Shown: in pieces, positions 1 through 10,263 of the stretch
Numbering within the stretch: the stretch's first letter is position 1
Layout of the letters: each line of letters starts with the position of its first letter
DNA from: an uncultured Bacteroidota bacterium
GTDB lineage: Bacteria; Bacteroidota; Bacteroidia; Bacteroidales; UBA12077
Direction: 5' to 3'
DNA length: 64,000 bases
Assembly (NCBI GenBank): GCA_913055635.1
Contig: CAJXLK010000020.1
Location: 3,214-67,213, forward strand
Notes under the pieces: model-generated
Seen by the model: only the letters and a program-made list of their open reading frames with translations
Database searches by the model: none
Told to the model about the DNA's origin: nothing
Made by a program: the position numbers and the translations under genes

Positions 1-51
1 AAGGGTAACCGGATTGCCCCCGAAAGTGACTTTATCTTTGGTTTTTTCCAT
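1..51 (-). CDS. First 17 codons of a gene leaving the window; possibly a thiol peroxidase (Tpx-like peroxiredoxin)
   Basis: ATG at 49-51 on the minus strand, 5 nt after the clpC stop. Translation is MEKTKDKVTFGGNPVTL. The VTF-G-NPVT pattern resembles Tpx N-termini, but the fragment is too short to be sure. Confidence 0.3.
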   Translation of the reverse strand, partial: MEKTKDKVTFGGNPVTL

Positions 52-55
52 AAGC

Positions 56-2644
56 TTAGTTTTTGTTGTTTTTAGCCTTTTGGGATAAATCGGTGTTGCC
101 TTCTTCGTCCTGGTCTTCCGATCCGGATTGTTCTTCCACCTTGTTTTTCTTGGAAGCATTGATGTTGATGGTGATTTCCTCTTTATTCTTGTCGTAATCG
201 ACCTTCAACTGATCGCCTTCCTTGACGGAGTGCTTGATGATGGTTTCGGCCATGGGATCTTCCACGTATTTTTGGATGGCGCGTTTAAGGGGACGGGCCC
301 CAAATTGATCGTCATATCCTTTGTCGCAGATGTAATCTTTGGCCTGCCGGGATATTTCGATGCGATAACCCAGGTTGTGCACCCTTTCATAGAGTCCTTG
401 CAGTTCGATATCAATGATTTCGTAGATGTTTTCTTTGGTCAGGGTGTTGAATATGATCACATCATCGAGCCGATTGAGGAATTCGGGGGCAAAGGAGCGC
501 TTGAGTGCTTTCTGTATCACACTCTTGGCTAGTTCATTGCCCGACTGGTTGCGGGAGGTGGTTTCAAAGCCTACGCCTTTGCCGAAATCTTTCAATTGCC
601 GGCTTCCAATATTGGACGTCATAATGATGATGGTATTGCGGAAATCGACCTTTCTCCCGAGGCTGTCGGTGAGCTGACCTTCATCGAGCACCTGCAGCAG
701 GAGATGGAACACATCGGGATGGGCTTTTTCGATTTCATCAAGGAGGATAACCGAATAGGGCTTACGGCGCACCTTTTCGGTGAGCTGTCCGCCTTCTTCG
801 TATCCGATGTATCCCGGAGGCGCCCCGACCAATCTGGAAACGCTGAATTTTTCCATGTATTCGCTCATGTCCATGCGAATCAGATTTTCGGTGGACTGGA
901 ACAGGTACTGGGTGAGGATTTTGGCCATCTGGGTTTTACCCACACCGGTCGGGCCCAGAAATATGAAGGAACCAATGGGCTTGTTGGGATCTTTTAGCCC
1001 GGCCCGGTTTCTTCGAATGGCCTTGACCACTTTTTCGATGGCTTCATCCTGGCCCACAACGTTTTTGCGCAACTCCTCGTTCATCTTCATCAGCCGTGTC
1101 CCTTCTGCTTCGGCGATGCGCTGAACCGGTACACCGGTCATCATAGCCACGACTTCGGCCACTTCTTCCTCGGTGACGGTTTCCCGGTTTTGTTCCAGTT
1201 CTTTCTCCCAGTTGTCTTTTTCTTCTTCCAGTTTGGCCAGCATTTTCTTTTCCGAATCGCGATAATTGGCGGCCGACTCAAAATTCTGGTTCTTAACGGC
1301 CGATATTTTTTGTTGCTTGATCTCTTCAATTTGCTGTTCCAGATCGAGGATGCGCTGAGGGACAACAATGTTAGAGATGTGTACCCTTGAGCCAGCTTCA
1401 TCCATGGCATCGATGGCCTTGTCGGGCAAATACCGGTCGGTCAGGTAACGCTGGGTCAGGTGTACGCAAGCCTTGATGGCATCTTCCGTGTAGTTGACAT
1501 TGTGATGGTCCTCATAGCGTTCTTTGATGTTTTTGAGGATGTCAATGGTTTCTTCGGGGGTGGTGGGATCCACCATCACTTTCTGGAACCTTCGCTCCAG
1601 GGCACCATCTTTTTCGATGTGCTGGCGGTATTCATCGAGGGTGGTTGCCCCAATGGTCTGTATCTCTCCGCGGGAAAGGGCAGGTTTAAGCATATTGGCG
1701 GCATCCAGCGAACCGGTGGCTCCACCGGCCCCTACAATGGTATGGATCTCATCGATGAACAGGATGATGTTGGGATTTTTTGAAAGCTCATTGAGGATCG
1801 CTTTCATGCGTTCCTCAAACTGCCCCCGGTATTTGGTCCCGGCAACAATGGAAGCCAGGTCCAAGGTCACGATTCGCTTATCGAACAGCACCCGGGAAAC
1901 CTTGCGCTGAATAATACGAATGGATAGCCCCTCCACAATGGCCGATTTACCAACGCCTGGTTCTCCAATCAACACCGGATTGTTCTTCTTCCTGCGGCTT
2001 AGAATCTGGGCCAGGCGTTCAATCTCACTGTCACGCCCCACAATGGGATCCAGCGAGTTGTCCTCGGCCGCCTTGGTCAAATCCATGCCAAAGTTGTCGA
2101 GCACCGGGGTGTCGGACTTGGATTGTCCCTCTGACTGACCGCCCTTTTTGCTGCCCCCAAAGGGAATATCTTCTTCCTCTTCACCAAAATCCGCCTTGTT
2201 TTCGGTCTCTTTTTGCTTGGTCTCCATCTCGATGCGCACATCGTCATAGTCGATGTCAAATTCACTCAACAGCTGGGTGACCAAACTATTCTGATCCTTA
2301 AGAATGGCCAGGATCAGATGTCCTGTATTAATCGTGCTGCTGTTGAAGGACTTGGCTTCAAGATACACCAGTTTTAAAGCCCTTTCAGCTGTTTTGTAAA
2401 GGGGGATGTTATCGGTGTCGCTCAATACCTTGTCGCTGGTTTGGATCCGGTCTTCTATCATGCCTTTCAACTGTCCAAGGTCCACCTCAAAGGTCTCCAA
2501 AATATCAATGGCCAGTCCTTCCCCTTCGCGAAGCATGCCCAGCAATAAATGTTCAGTGCCGATGTAGGCATTGCCGAGCCTGATGGCTTCTTCCTTACTG
2601 TAAGTCAAGACATCCTTGATTCGTTGTGAAAATTTTGCATCCAT
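56..2644 (-). CDS. clpC: ATP-dependent Clp protease ATP-binding subunit ClpC (class I Clp/Hsp100 AAA+ chaperone)
   Basis: 862-aa ORF with an N-terminal Clp_N repeat ([13 protein letters not shown]). It has two AAA+ modules with Walker A GEPGVGKS and GPTGVGKT and a coiled-coil linker between them. The C-terminal tail is acidic and low-complexity. Confidence 0.9.
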   Translation of the reverse strand: MDAKFSQRIKDVLTYSKEEAIRLGNAYIGTEHLLLGMLREGEGLAIDILETFEVDLGQLKGMIEDRIQTSDKVLSDTDNIPLYKTAERALKLVYLEAKSFNSSTINTGHLILAILKDQNSLVTQLLSEFDIDYDDVRIEMETKQKETENKADFGEEEEDIPFGGSKKGGQSEGQSKSDTPVLDNFGMDLTKAAEDNSLDPIVGRDSEIERLAQILSRRKKNNPVLIGEPGVGKSAIVEGLSIRIIQRKVSRVLFDKRIVTLDLASIVAGTKYRGQFEERMKAILNELSKNPNIILFIDEIHTIVGAGGATGSLDAANMLKPALSRGEIQTIGATTLDEYRQHIEKDGALERRFQKVMVDPTTPEETIDILKNIKERYEDHHNVNYTEDAIKACVHLTQRYLTDRYLPDKAIDAMDEAGSRVHISNIVVPQRILDLEQQIEEIKQQKISAVKNQNFESAANYRDSEKKMLAKLEEEKDNWEKELEQNRETVTEEEVAEVVAMMTGVPVQRIAEAEGTRLMKMNEELRKNVVGQDEAIEKVVKAIRRNRAGLKDPNKPIGSFIFLGPTGVGKTQMAKILTQYLFQSTENLIRMDMSEYMEKFSVSRLVGAPPGYIGYEEGGQLTEKVRRKPYSVILLDEIEKAHPDVFHLLLQVLDEGQLTDSLGRKVDFRNTIIIMTSNIGSRQLKDFGKGVGFETTSRNQSGNELAKSVIQKALKRSFAPEFLNRLDDVIIFNTLTKENIYEIIDIELQGLYERVHNLGYRIEISRQAKDYICDKGYDDQFGARPLKRAIQKYVEDPMAETIIKHSVKEGDQLKVDYDKNKEEITININASKKNKVEEQSGSEDQDEEGNTDLSQKAKNNKN

Positions 2645-2869
2645 ATTTATGCGTCTTCTCCTTTCCTGTTTGCTTATTTGTCAATATTTCATTGTACCAA
2701 CGAGTGAAATCACTTTGTATTACAAATAATAATCATTCTTGTTCAGCAATGAATTGCGATTTTCTAAAGGACAAAAATACAAAATCTCTGCGTAATATCT
2801 TCAACCGAATGGTGTTAATAAAGTGTGAAATTTATATTCCATTCGACCTCCAAAATGGTGCGATTTTAG

Positions 2870-2877
2870 TATCTTTG
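2870..2877 (+). promoter_or_regulatory. Candidate Bacteroidota -7 promoter box (TAnnTTTG) for gyrA
   Basis: TATCTTTG lies 54 nt upstream of the gyrA ATG in the clpC-gyrA divergent spacer. This is a motif match only. Confidence 0.25.
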
Positions 2878-2930
2878 AGGGCTGGATGTAGAAAAAGGTA
2901 AATCATTTATTGTAAATAAGTTCAAATGTT

Positions 2931-5486
2931 ATGGCAGACGAAGAAAGGTTAATTAAGATCAACATTGAGGATGAGATGAAATCGGCCTACATCGATTATT
3001 CGATGAGCGTGATTGTGTCGAGGGCACTGCCCGACGTGCGTGACGGGCTCAAGCCGGTTCAGCGTCGGGTATTGTTTGGTATGTCGGATTTGGGATTGTA
3101 TCACAATAAGCCTTACAAGAAATCGGCACGCATCGTGGGAGAGGTTTTGGGTAAATACCATCCCCACGGCGATTCATCGGTTTACGAATCGATGGTTCGG
3201 ATGGCCCAGCTTTGGTCGCTGCGTTATCCGTTGGTCGACGGCCAGGGCAACTTTGGCTCGATGGACGGCGACGGCCCGGCGGCCATGCGGTATACCGAAG
3301 CCCGCCTTCAGAAAATCTCGGCCGAGACCCTCAAGGATATTGACAAGGAGACGGTTGATTTTCAGCTTAATTTTGATGATACCCTCAAGGAGCCGACGGT
3401 CCTGCCCACCCGCATTCCAAATCTACTGGTTAATGGGGCTTCAGGCATTGCAGTGGGCATGGCCACCAACATGCCGCCCCACAACCTGGGGGATGCAATC
3501 AATGCCATTGTTCGATATATCGACAACAATCAGGTGGAGGTCGATGAGTTGGCCGAGGTCATTCAGGCGCCGGATTTTCCCACCGGTGGTACCATTTATG
3601 GCATGCAAGGGGTGAAGGAAGCCTACCGCACCGGACGGGGTAAAGTTGATCTTCGTGCCAAAGCCGAGATTGAGACCGATGCGGCAGGAAAAGAAAGGAT
3701 TGTAGTGACCGAGGTGCCTTATATGGTCAACAAGGCCGAGCTGATCAAGAAAACGGCCGATCTGATCAATGCCAAAAAGATTGAAGGCATCTCCAATGTC
3801 AATGATGAATCGGACCGCGAAGGGACCCGCATCGTTTATGAACTGAAGCGCGATGCGGTGGCCAATATTGTGCTCAACAAACTCTATAAGCATACCCAGC
3901 TTCAAACCTCCTTTAACGTGAACAACATCGCCCTGGTTAAAGGGCGCCCCAAGCTGATGAACCTCAAGGAGCTGATCCGTCGGTTTGTGGAACACCGCCA
4001 TGATGTGGTGGTGCGGCGCACCCAATATGAACTCAAACAGGCTGAAGACCGCGCCCATATTCTCGAAGGCCTTTTGGTGGCACTGGATCACCTGGACGAG
4101 GTGATTTCCCTGATCCGTAATTCCGATACACCGGAAACGGCACGCAATGAGCTGATCAGCCGGTTTGAACTCTCCGAACCCCAGGCCAAAGCCATCCTGG
4201 ACATGCGCCTGCAAAAACTCACCGGCCTCGAACGCAATAAAGTCAAAGAGGAGCACGCCGAGTTGATGAAGCAAATTGAACATTTCAAGCAGATCCTGGC
4301 CGATGAGGGATTGCGCATGAAAATTATTAAGGACGAATTGCTGGAGATCAAAAACCACTATGGGGATCAGCGCCGTACCGCCATCGAATACGAAGCCGGT
4401 GAATTCAATCCCGAAGATTTTTATGCCGATGAGCCGGTGGTGGTAACCATCTCCCATCTGGGTTATATCAAGCGCACGGCAGTTAATGAATATAAAACCC
4501 AGAGCAGGGGAGGCGTTGGCACCAAAGGCAGTACCACCCGCGATGAAGATTTCCTTGAACACATGTTCATCGCTACCATGCACAACACCATCCTGTTCTT
4601 CACCGAAGAAGGACGATGCTATTGGCTGAAGGTGTATCAGATACCCGAAGGGACCAAAAATTCAAAAGGCAGGGCCATTCAGAATCTGATCAACATCAAT
4701 CCCGAGGATAAGGTAAAAGCCCACATCAATGTCAACACCCTCCAGGACAGCAGTTATGTTAACAACCATTTTATTGTCTTGTGCACCAAGCGGGGGGTAA
4801 TCAAAAAGACCTCTCTGGAAGCTTATTCCAGGCCCCGGCAGAAAGGGGTCAACGCCATTACCATTCGTGAAGGCGATCAATTGCTTGAAGCCAAATTGAC
4901 CAATGGAGAAAGCGATATATTGCTGGCATCGAAGGAAGGTAAGGCCATTCGGTTCAATGAGGCCAATGTCCGCTCAGTAGGACGCACTGCCGCCGGTGTC
5001 AGGGGGATGACCCTGGCCGGCGATCATGATGAAGTCGTTGGGATGGTTTGTGTGGAAGAAGGCGATGAGGATATCCTGGTGGTCAGCGAAAAAGGCTATG
5101 GCAAACGTTCGCCGATCGATGATTACCGAACCATCCGGCGGGGTGGGAAAGGGGTGAAAACCCTCAACATCACCTCACGTACCGGTAAGCTGGTGGCCAT
5201 TAAAGGAGTAGCCGACAGAAACGACCTGATGATCATCAACCGCTCGGGCCTAACCATCCGCCTTCCCGTCTCCGATATCCGTTTGGCCGGCAGAGCAACC
5301 CAGGGGGTGCGCCTGATCAACCTGCGTAATGGCGATTCCATCGCTGCCGTGAGCCAGGTTCACCGGGAAGAACAAACCGATCAAGACCAGCAGGCTGACC
5401 AGGGGCAAAACGATCAGACGGGGGATGAAAATTACACCGAAGATCCCAATGGCCCTTCCCATAATCCCGACGATCAAAGCCAGTGA
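2931..5486 (+). CDS. gyrA: DNA gyrase subunit A
   Basis: 851-aa ORF with N-terminal [12 protein letters not shown] and the catalytic-Tyr region [10 protein letters not shown]. The C-terminal half has repeated beta-pinwheel-type segments. It ends in an acidic Gln/Asp-rich tail. Confidence 0.97.
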   Translation: MADEERLIKINIEDEMKSAYIDYSMSVIVSRALPDVRDGLKPVQRRVLFGMSDLGLYHNKPYKKSARIVGEVLGKYHPHGDSSVYESMVRMAQLWSLRYPLVDGQGNFGSMDGDGPAAMRYTEARLQKISAETLKDIDKETVDFQLNFDDTLKEPTVLPTRIPNLLVNGASGIAVGMATNMPPHNLGDAINAIVRYIDNNQVEVDELAEVIQAPDFPTGGTIYGMQGVKEAYRTGRGKVDLRAKAEIETDAAGKERIVVTEVPYMVNKAELIKKTADLINAKKIEGISNVNDESDREGTRIVYELKRDAVANIVLNKLYKHTQLQTSFNVNNIALVKGRPKLMNLKELIRRFVEHRHDVVVRRTQYELKQAEDRAHILEGLLVALDHLDEVISLIRNSDTPETARNELISRFELSEPQAKAILDMRLQKLTGLERNKVKEEHAELMKQIEHFKQILADEGLRMKIIKDELLEIKNHYGDQRRTAIEYEAGEFNPEDFYADEPVVVTISHLGYIKRTAVNEYKTQSRGGVGTKGSTTRDEDFLEHMFIATMHNTILFFTEEGRCYWLKVYQIPEGTKNSKGRAIQNLININPEDKVKAHINVNTLQDSSYVNNHFIVLCTKRGVIKKTSLEAYSRPRQKGVNAITIREGDQLLEAKLTNGESDILLASKEGKAIRFNEANVRSVGRTAAGVRGMTLAGDHDEVVGMVCVEEGDEDILVVSEKGYGKRSPIDDYRTIRRGGKGVKTLNITSRTGKLVAIKGVADRNDLMIINRSGLTIRLPVSDIRLAGRATQGVRLINLRNGDSIAAVSQVHREEQTDQDQQADQGQNDQTGDENYTEDPNGPSHNPDDQSQ

Positions 5487-5585
5487 CAATGAATGTTGCT
5501 GAACATAAATTTGATCAGCAACCATAAAAATTATAATTTTGTGCCAGTGATTATTCAGAAAATTCGAAACCCAAAAGCGTATAAC

Positions 5586-6824
5586 ATGAAACAGCGAAAA
5601 ATTTTATGGTCAACCCTGATTACCGCTCTGGTTCTTTTGGTGATCAGTAGTTGCAGTGACAAAATGTATGTCAACAGGGCCATTACATGGGCTGAAAACG
5701 GAGAAAGACTTGATACGGCAATGAAGTCTGTCGAGAAGGCCACCCAGCTGGAGGAAACCAAAAACTGGCCGAAGACTTACTATGCCAAGGGGTATGTCTA
5801 TCAGAAGATCTATGAATCCAACCAGGAAAAGTTCTCTGATTTGGCTGAAAAACCACTTTTCAAGGCTTTTGACAACTATCAGAAAGCCTATGACATGGAT
5901 AAGGAGGACAAGTTTAAGGGCAGCATAGATGCCGCCATGTTTAAAATGCATCAGTATTTTATCAAGGAAGGGGTTAACTCTTTCAAGGAAAACCGATACC
6001 AGGATGCATTCAATAATTTTGAGTATGCCTTGAAGGTGGCTGATATGCCAATTTTCAAAAATCAGGTGGATACGGCCATCATGTTCAATGCCGGCATTGC
6101 CGCCCAAAACATGAAAAACTGGAACGAGGCTGCCAAATATTACAAGAAGTCCGCCAGCTACGATTATGGCGGTGCCCGGACGTATATCCTGATGAAAAAT
6201 GCTTATTTCCAGGCCGGTGATACCACCAAGGCCGTTGAGGCACTGAAAGAAGGCTTTTCCAAGTATCCCGGCAACAAAAACATGATTGCCAGCCTGATTA
6301 ACCATTATCTGTTGAATACAGATCATCCCGAGCAAGCCCTCGATTTTATTCAGGAGGCTAAAAAGCAACACCCGGATAATGCCCAGTATTATTCAGCAGA
6401 AGCCCAGATTTACGACAAGCTGGAGCAGACCGAAAAGGCGAAGAAGAGTTATAAGACCGCCATCGAAAAGGATCCCGATTTGTTTATGGCCCTTTATAAC
6501 CTCGGGGTGCTTTACTTTAATGAAGGGGTCGATATTGTCACCGAAGCCAATAAAGCCAAGGAAGATTCGGTCTATAAACGACTCCGCGACAAAGCCAATG
6601 CGAAATTCAAGAAAGCCATCCCTTACATGGAAAAGGCACATGAGGTTAAACCTCAGGAAACAAGTGTGCTGAGTACCCTTAAGACCCTTTATTACCGCAT
6701 GCGGACCGAGGATGAGAAATATGTAAAGAAGTATAAAGAGGTCAGCGAAGAGCTCAAACAACTTCAGGGTGGCAGCAGCCAGCAGAGCGGCCAACAAGGT
6801 GGTCAGCAGAGTGGACAGAAGTAA
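5586..6824 (+). CDS. TPR-repeat lipoprotein (function unknown)
   Basis: The ATG at 5586 gives MKQRKILWSTLITALVLLVISSC, a lipoprotein signal with a lipobox Cys. The body has repeated A-x-x-Y-Y/F-x-x-A TPR-like helices. The tail is Gly/Gln-rich. The upstream ORF extension from 5493 lacks a signal peptide and is probably not translated. Confidence 0.8.
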   Translation: MKQRKILWSTLITALVLLVISSCSDKMYVNRAITWAENGERLDTAMKSVEKATQLEETKNWPKTYYAKGYVYQKIYESNQEKFSDLAEKPLFKAFDNYQKAYDMDKEDKFKGSIDAAMFKMHQYFIKEGVNSFKENRYQDAFNNFEYALKVADMPIFKNQVDTAIMFNAGIAAQNMKNWNEAAKYYKKSASYDYGGARTYILMKNAYFQAGDTTKAVEALKEGFSKYPGNKNMIASLINHYLLNTDHPEQALDFIQEAKKQHPDNAQYYSAEAQIYDKLEQTEKAKKSYKTAIEKDPDLFMALYNLGVLYFNEGVDIVTEANKAKEDSVYKRLRDKANAKFKKAIPYMEKAHEVKPQETSVLSTLKTLYYRMRTEDEKYVKKYKEVSEELKQLQGGSSQQSGQQGGQQSGQK

Positions 6825-6891
6825 TTATTCAAATTGTTCAGAAGGGAATAGCCAGTCAAAGGCGTTCATTTTATAATCACATCGATAAAAA

Positions 6892-6920
6892 GGGAAGGCT
6901 CATAGGCTTTCCCTTTTTTT
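6892..6920 (+). terminator. Rho-independent terminator after the TPR gene
   Basis: An 8-bp stem (GGGAAGGC / GCTTTCCC, one G-U pair) is followed by a run of 7 T. Confidence 0.7.
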
Positions 6921-7004
6921 GACCCCGCTATTTAACATAATATAAATTATCAGACAAACCGATGCTTACCACAGGGAAAACCTTATCATGGTGCCAACAA
7001 ACAA

Positions 7005-7032
7005 AGGCTGCCCTGAGAAATCAGAGCAGCCT
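7005..7032 (-). terminator. Probable terminator after the radical SAM gene
   Basis: Stem AGGCTGC-CTGA / TCAG-GCAGCCT. On the minus strand it is followed by TTTGTTTGTT. Confidence 0.5.
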
Positions 7033-7140
7033 TATTACGGCATGATTACGGCATGCCACCAGATACCATGTTTTTTGCGTTTACTCTGAATCACTTATCC
7101 TGCCACGGATCCTTTTTTGTTGTTGCTCTTACAGCAAAAA

Positions 7141-8493
7141 TTATGGGTGCGGCGGGCGGTACATCCTACCGGTAGTAAACCAGACATAAAGAATGGTAAG
7201 GCCACTGCGGATTTTTCCATGCAGCATTCTTTTCAGGGCGCGCAGAGGAGAATAGAAACGCTGCATGTTTTTCTTGACCTCCCTTTGAAAGGCTTTCTGA
7301 CTCATGTATTTGGTAGGGATCACCGGGCACAGCAATGTCCACTGGTCCCAGTCGGGTGATCCGTTTTTGGTGGCAGTGAGCTGGGTTTTGTATTTTTCCC
7401 AGTAGGCGGTTCCCGGAATGGGTGTTTCTATGGTCATATCGGCATAGGTGACGCCCTGTTCCCTGAGCTTTTTGAACTGACGCCGGATGCTGGCCTGATC
7501 ATCAATTTCGGGCTTGGCCATTCCGAAAGCGTAGATGATCAGGCCCTGTTCCCGTAATAGTCGGATGGCCTGCTCGGAGTCGGTTCTGTTGTGGGTCTTG
7601 TGCAGGGCATGAAGCTTCTCATCGTCAAAGCTCTCTACTCCAAGCATGACGGTTTTGATCCCGGCCTTTTTCATTTTTTGAACATAAGCTTTGCCGCCTC
7701 TCAGGATACCGGGTACCTCGTCTTGTACGATCATGCTCTCAAACCACCAGTCCTTCTTCTGCTCGTGGATCAGAGCATCCAACAGGGGAACCCTTTTAGA
7801 GGGTTGCACCGAGAAATTGTCGTCGGCAAAGAAGATGCGGCGGTAACCTTCCCGGGCTCGTTGCCTGAGCTCCTCCATGACAAGCTCTACCGACCGGCGC
7901 CTCACCTTTTTGCCATGTATGTTGCTTACCGTGCAGAATTCACAGTTTCTCGGGCACCCCCTGGCCGTGGTAATGGGGGTAAGCCTGAAGAAATCCAGCA
8001 GTCTTTTGTTGTTGTCTGCCAGGATCGACAGGTCGGGAATGGGCAGCCAGTCCAGATCTTTAATGCGCGGCCCATTGATAATACCACTCCGCACCCCCCC
8101 TACCACCTCTTCTATGATGGCCTCTGCTTCTCTTTGTACGACCACATCTGCATAGCGGGCAAACTCCTCTGCCTGCTCCCGGCCCAGAACATGGGGTCCG
8201 CCCACCCCCCTTCTGATCCGTGGATTCTCTCGGCCAATGGCTTGAAGCATACGCAGCCCCCGGTTAGCAGCCGGGGAGATGAGCGATAATCCTATGAAAT
8301 CCGAATCCAACACCCGCTGGGCTATCCGCCCTTTCTTCTCATGGAAGATGTGGCTCCTGGCTTCATCATAGACCGTTACATCATACCCGCGTTTTTTCAG
8401 TATCGTGCCCAAATACAGGATGCCCAGCGGGGCAATACTGAAAATACCATAGGAACTGTGCCTGGGTCTTACCATAATGAGAGAGACTTTCAT
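7141..8493 (-). CDS. B12-binding domain-containing radical SAM protein
   Basis: 450-aa ORF. The N-terminal roughly 150 aa look like a Rossmann-like cobalamin-binding domain (IMVRP..., GILYLGTILKKRGYDV). The CxxxCxxC cluster motif is CPRNCEFC. An elongated radical SAM core follows. Confidence 0.85.
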   Translation of the reverse strand: MKVSLIMVRPRHSSYGIFSIAPLGILYLGTILKKRGYDVTVYDEARSHIFHEKKGRIAQRVLDSDFIGLSLISPAANRGLRMLQAIGRENPRIRRGVGGPHVLGREQAEEFARYADVVVQREAEAIIEEVVGGVRSGIINGPRIKDLDWLPIPDLSILADNNKRLLDFFRLTPITTARGCPRNCEFCTVSNIHGKKVRRRSVELVMEELRQRAREGYRRIFFADDNFSVQPSKRVPLLDALIHEQKKDWWFESMIVQDEVPGILRGGKAYVQKMKKAGIKTVMLGVESFDDEKLHALHKTHNRTDSEQAIRLLREQGLIIYAFGMAKPEIDDQASIRRQFKKLREQGVTYADMTIETPIPGTAYWEKYKTQLTATKNGSPDWDQWTLLCPVIPTKYMSQKAFQREVKKNMQRFYSPLRALKRMLHGKIRSGLTILYVWFTTGRMYRPPHP

Positions 8494-8773
8494 AACGTTC
8501 CTCCTTTTCCGATACGGCCTGTACTATTTTTTTCTTCTTAATGTAATCAAATCTAAACAGAAAAACAAGCCTTCAAATAAAGACTTTCGGGCAAACCCGT
8601 TAGAAATAACCGTTCCTTTAAAAGCGTTTGATTGAAAATCCTTATCTGAGAGGAATAACTTGTAGCCTATGAAATCCATTTCTTTAAGGGCGATGATCTT
8701 CCTGGGATGTTATACCACAGGTAATGCCCAAACACGAACCGGTAGCATTTTTTCGGGTAATGATAATAAAAAT

Positions 8774-8800
8774 CCCTCCCCCGCTTTTGGCGGGGGAGGG
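8774..8800 (-). terminator. Rho-independent terminator after the cold-shock gene
   Basis: Perfect 11-bp stem CCCTCCCCCGC / GCGGGGGAGGG. On the minus strand it is followed by ATTTTTATTAT. Confidence 0.7.
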
Positions 8801-8844
8801 ATAAGGAATAGTAAGATTTTGTCTGACTTTTAAACGATGTGCAT

Positions 8845-9036
8845 TTATACTCGTTTAACATCTACAGCATTCATGCCTTTTCTTCCTTCTTTAAGCTCGA
8901 AGGTCACTTCATCGTCTTCTTCAATGTTGTCGATCAACCCTGAGACGTGTACGAAGTATTCTTCGTCTGATTCTTTGTCCTTAATGAATCCAAATCCTCT
9001 GGATTCATTGAAGAATTTTACTTTGCCTTCTTTCAT
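8845..9036 (-). CDS. Cold-shock protein (CspA family, single CSD)
   Basis: 63-aa ORF. MKEGKVKFFNESRGFGFI carries the RNP1-like motif and FVHVSG the RNP2-like motif. Confidence 0.95.
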   Translation of the reverse strand: MKEGKVKFFNESRGFGFIKDKESDEEYFVHVSGLIDNIEEDDEVTFELKEGRKGMNAVDVKRV

Positions 9037-9071
9037 AAGAAAATTGTGATTAGTGTTTATATATTCAATTA

Positions 9072-9079
9072 CAAAGGTA
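9072..9079 (-). promoter_or_regulatory. Candidate -7 promoter box for the cold-shock gene
   Basis: The minus strand reads TACCTTTG (TAnnTTTG), about 36 nt upstream of the ATG at 9036. It sits in a very AT-rich spacer. Confidence 0.3.
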
Positions 9080-9429
9080 AAGTATAATAGCGATTTTTTA
9101 CAAAAAAATATTTAAAAAAAGTTTCTCAAAACGAAGAAAAAAAATTGAAGTTCATTAAACATTTAATAATAAATGATTTATGAGATCATCCCTGCCCTGT
9201 CCTCTTCAGAGCGTTTTTACCCATCAAATTGTGCATCGGTTTTTACTGTGAAAGAATTTCCCAGGCAGGAGAAAGCCATGAATAAAGCAGATGGGGTCCA
9301 TGGCGAGGGTTCTAATAAGGGATGATGGCTCACGACGAGGCAGATTTATATTCTTAATTAAGTCTTTACCCAAATGAAAAAATATTGTATATTGTAGGTT
9401 GAATCGATTACTTTTAATGGCTTTTGGGA

Positions 9430-9621
9430 ATGGATTTTGAGATGAAGGAAAAGAAATTTCATTGTCCTTACTGCAGGACAGAAATCACCGTTTTACTGGA
9501 TCCATCGGTGCCCAAGCAACGGTATTATGAAGACTGTGAAGTGTGTTGCAATGCCATAGAAATCAGTTATGAATTTTCGGATGGTGAACTGATTTTTTTC
9601 CAGGCTTTGCCGGAGGAGTAG
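9430..9621 (+). CDS. CPXCG motif-containing cysteine-rich small protein
   Basis: The CPYC...EDCEVCC pattern is typical of the CPXCG family. The start is taken at the first ATG (9430); the ATG at 9442 is also possible. Confidence 0.7.
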   Translation: MDFEMKEKKFHCPYCRTEITVLLDPSVPKQRYYEDCEVCCNAIEISYEFSDGELIFFQALPEE

Positions 9622-9819
9622 CGTTTCTTTACCTGGCTTAAGCGAAAGGGGTGGATTATAGGTTTTGGCTTTGGGTTTTCAGGGGGAAGAGGCATATGTT
9701 TTCTTATTCCGGTTACCTGAGAATTCAGGCCCGGGGCCAGCAAGCCAACCGGATATCAAGCGGTTGGTGAACCGTTATTTACATCTGGGGCCGGGAGGGC
9801 GGCTCACCTATTGAAGCGT

Positions 9820-10032
9820 TTAGTCATAGATGGTACGGATCACATATATGCCGTCTTTTTCTTCGACATCAAAACAACATTCCCGGTGTCTTAACAAATC
9901 AATGCCGGTGATTTGGGTTCCATCTCCATAGATTTCTCCGGGTTTAAGTCGGACTCCGTTGATTTCCACTTCTGCTTTCGGGGTGACTTGTTTGGCTTGG
10001 ATCTCAAAGAGATCGGAAAAGTACATGCGCAT
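9820..10032 (-). CDS. Hypothetical small protein (70 aa)
   Basis: ATG-initiated ORF in an otherwise empty spacer with balanced composition. I recognise no family. Confidence 0.4.
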   Translation of the reverse strand: MRMYFSDLFEIQAKQVTPKAEVEINGVRLKPGEIYGDGTQITGIDLLRHRECCFDVEEKDGIYVIRTIYD

Positions 10033-10214
10033 TTTATTGACTTTTTAGTTGATTTGCGATTCCTACAAAGAACAACCTTTCCATAACATGGCAATAACCT
10101 GCCTGTTGCCAGTATATTCAGCATTTGAGCCTTTTATCTGTAGGAAATTTATAGAAAAAAGATTACAAATTCAAAATTTTTTCTCATGTTTCATACCGCA
10201 TATGACAAAAAAAA

Positions 10215-10238
10215 GCACGGCGTGATGTTGCGCCGTGC
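10215..10238 (-). terminator. Rho-independent terminator after the tricorn-like protease gene
   Basis: Stem GCACGGCG / CGCCGTGC. On the minus strand it is followed by 8 T; on the plus strand it is flanked by an A-run, so it may act in both directions. Confidence 0.7.
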
Positions 10239-10263
10239 CTTAAAAACGTGGGAGTCTGTCAGT

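Noticed and set aside
2645-2930. Replication origin next to gyrA
   Set aside because: I saw no DnaA boxes (TTATCCACA or its complement) and no AT-rich 13-mer cluster. The spacer is adequately explained as a divergent promoter region.
3441-4583. 380-aa antisense ORF inside gyrA; similar long antisense ORFs at 22476-23615, 13852-14637, 5610-6371 and 7591-8289
   Set aside because: All lie opposite genes with strong family signatures. None has its own motif, signal sequence or plausible promoter and terminator. They are shadow ORFs.
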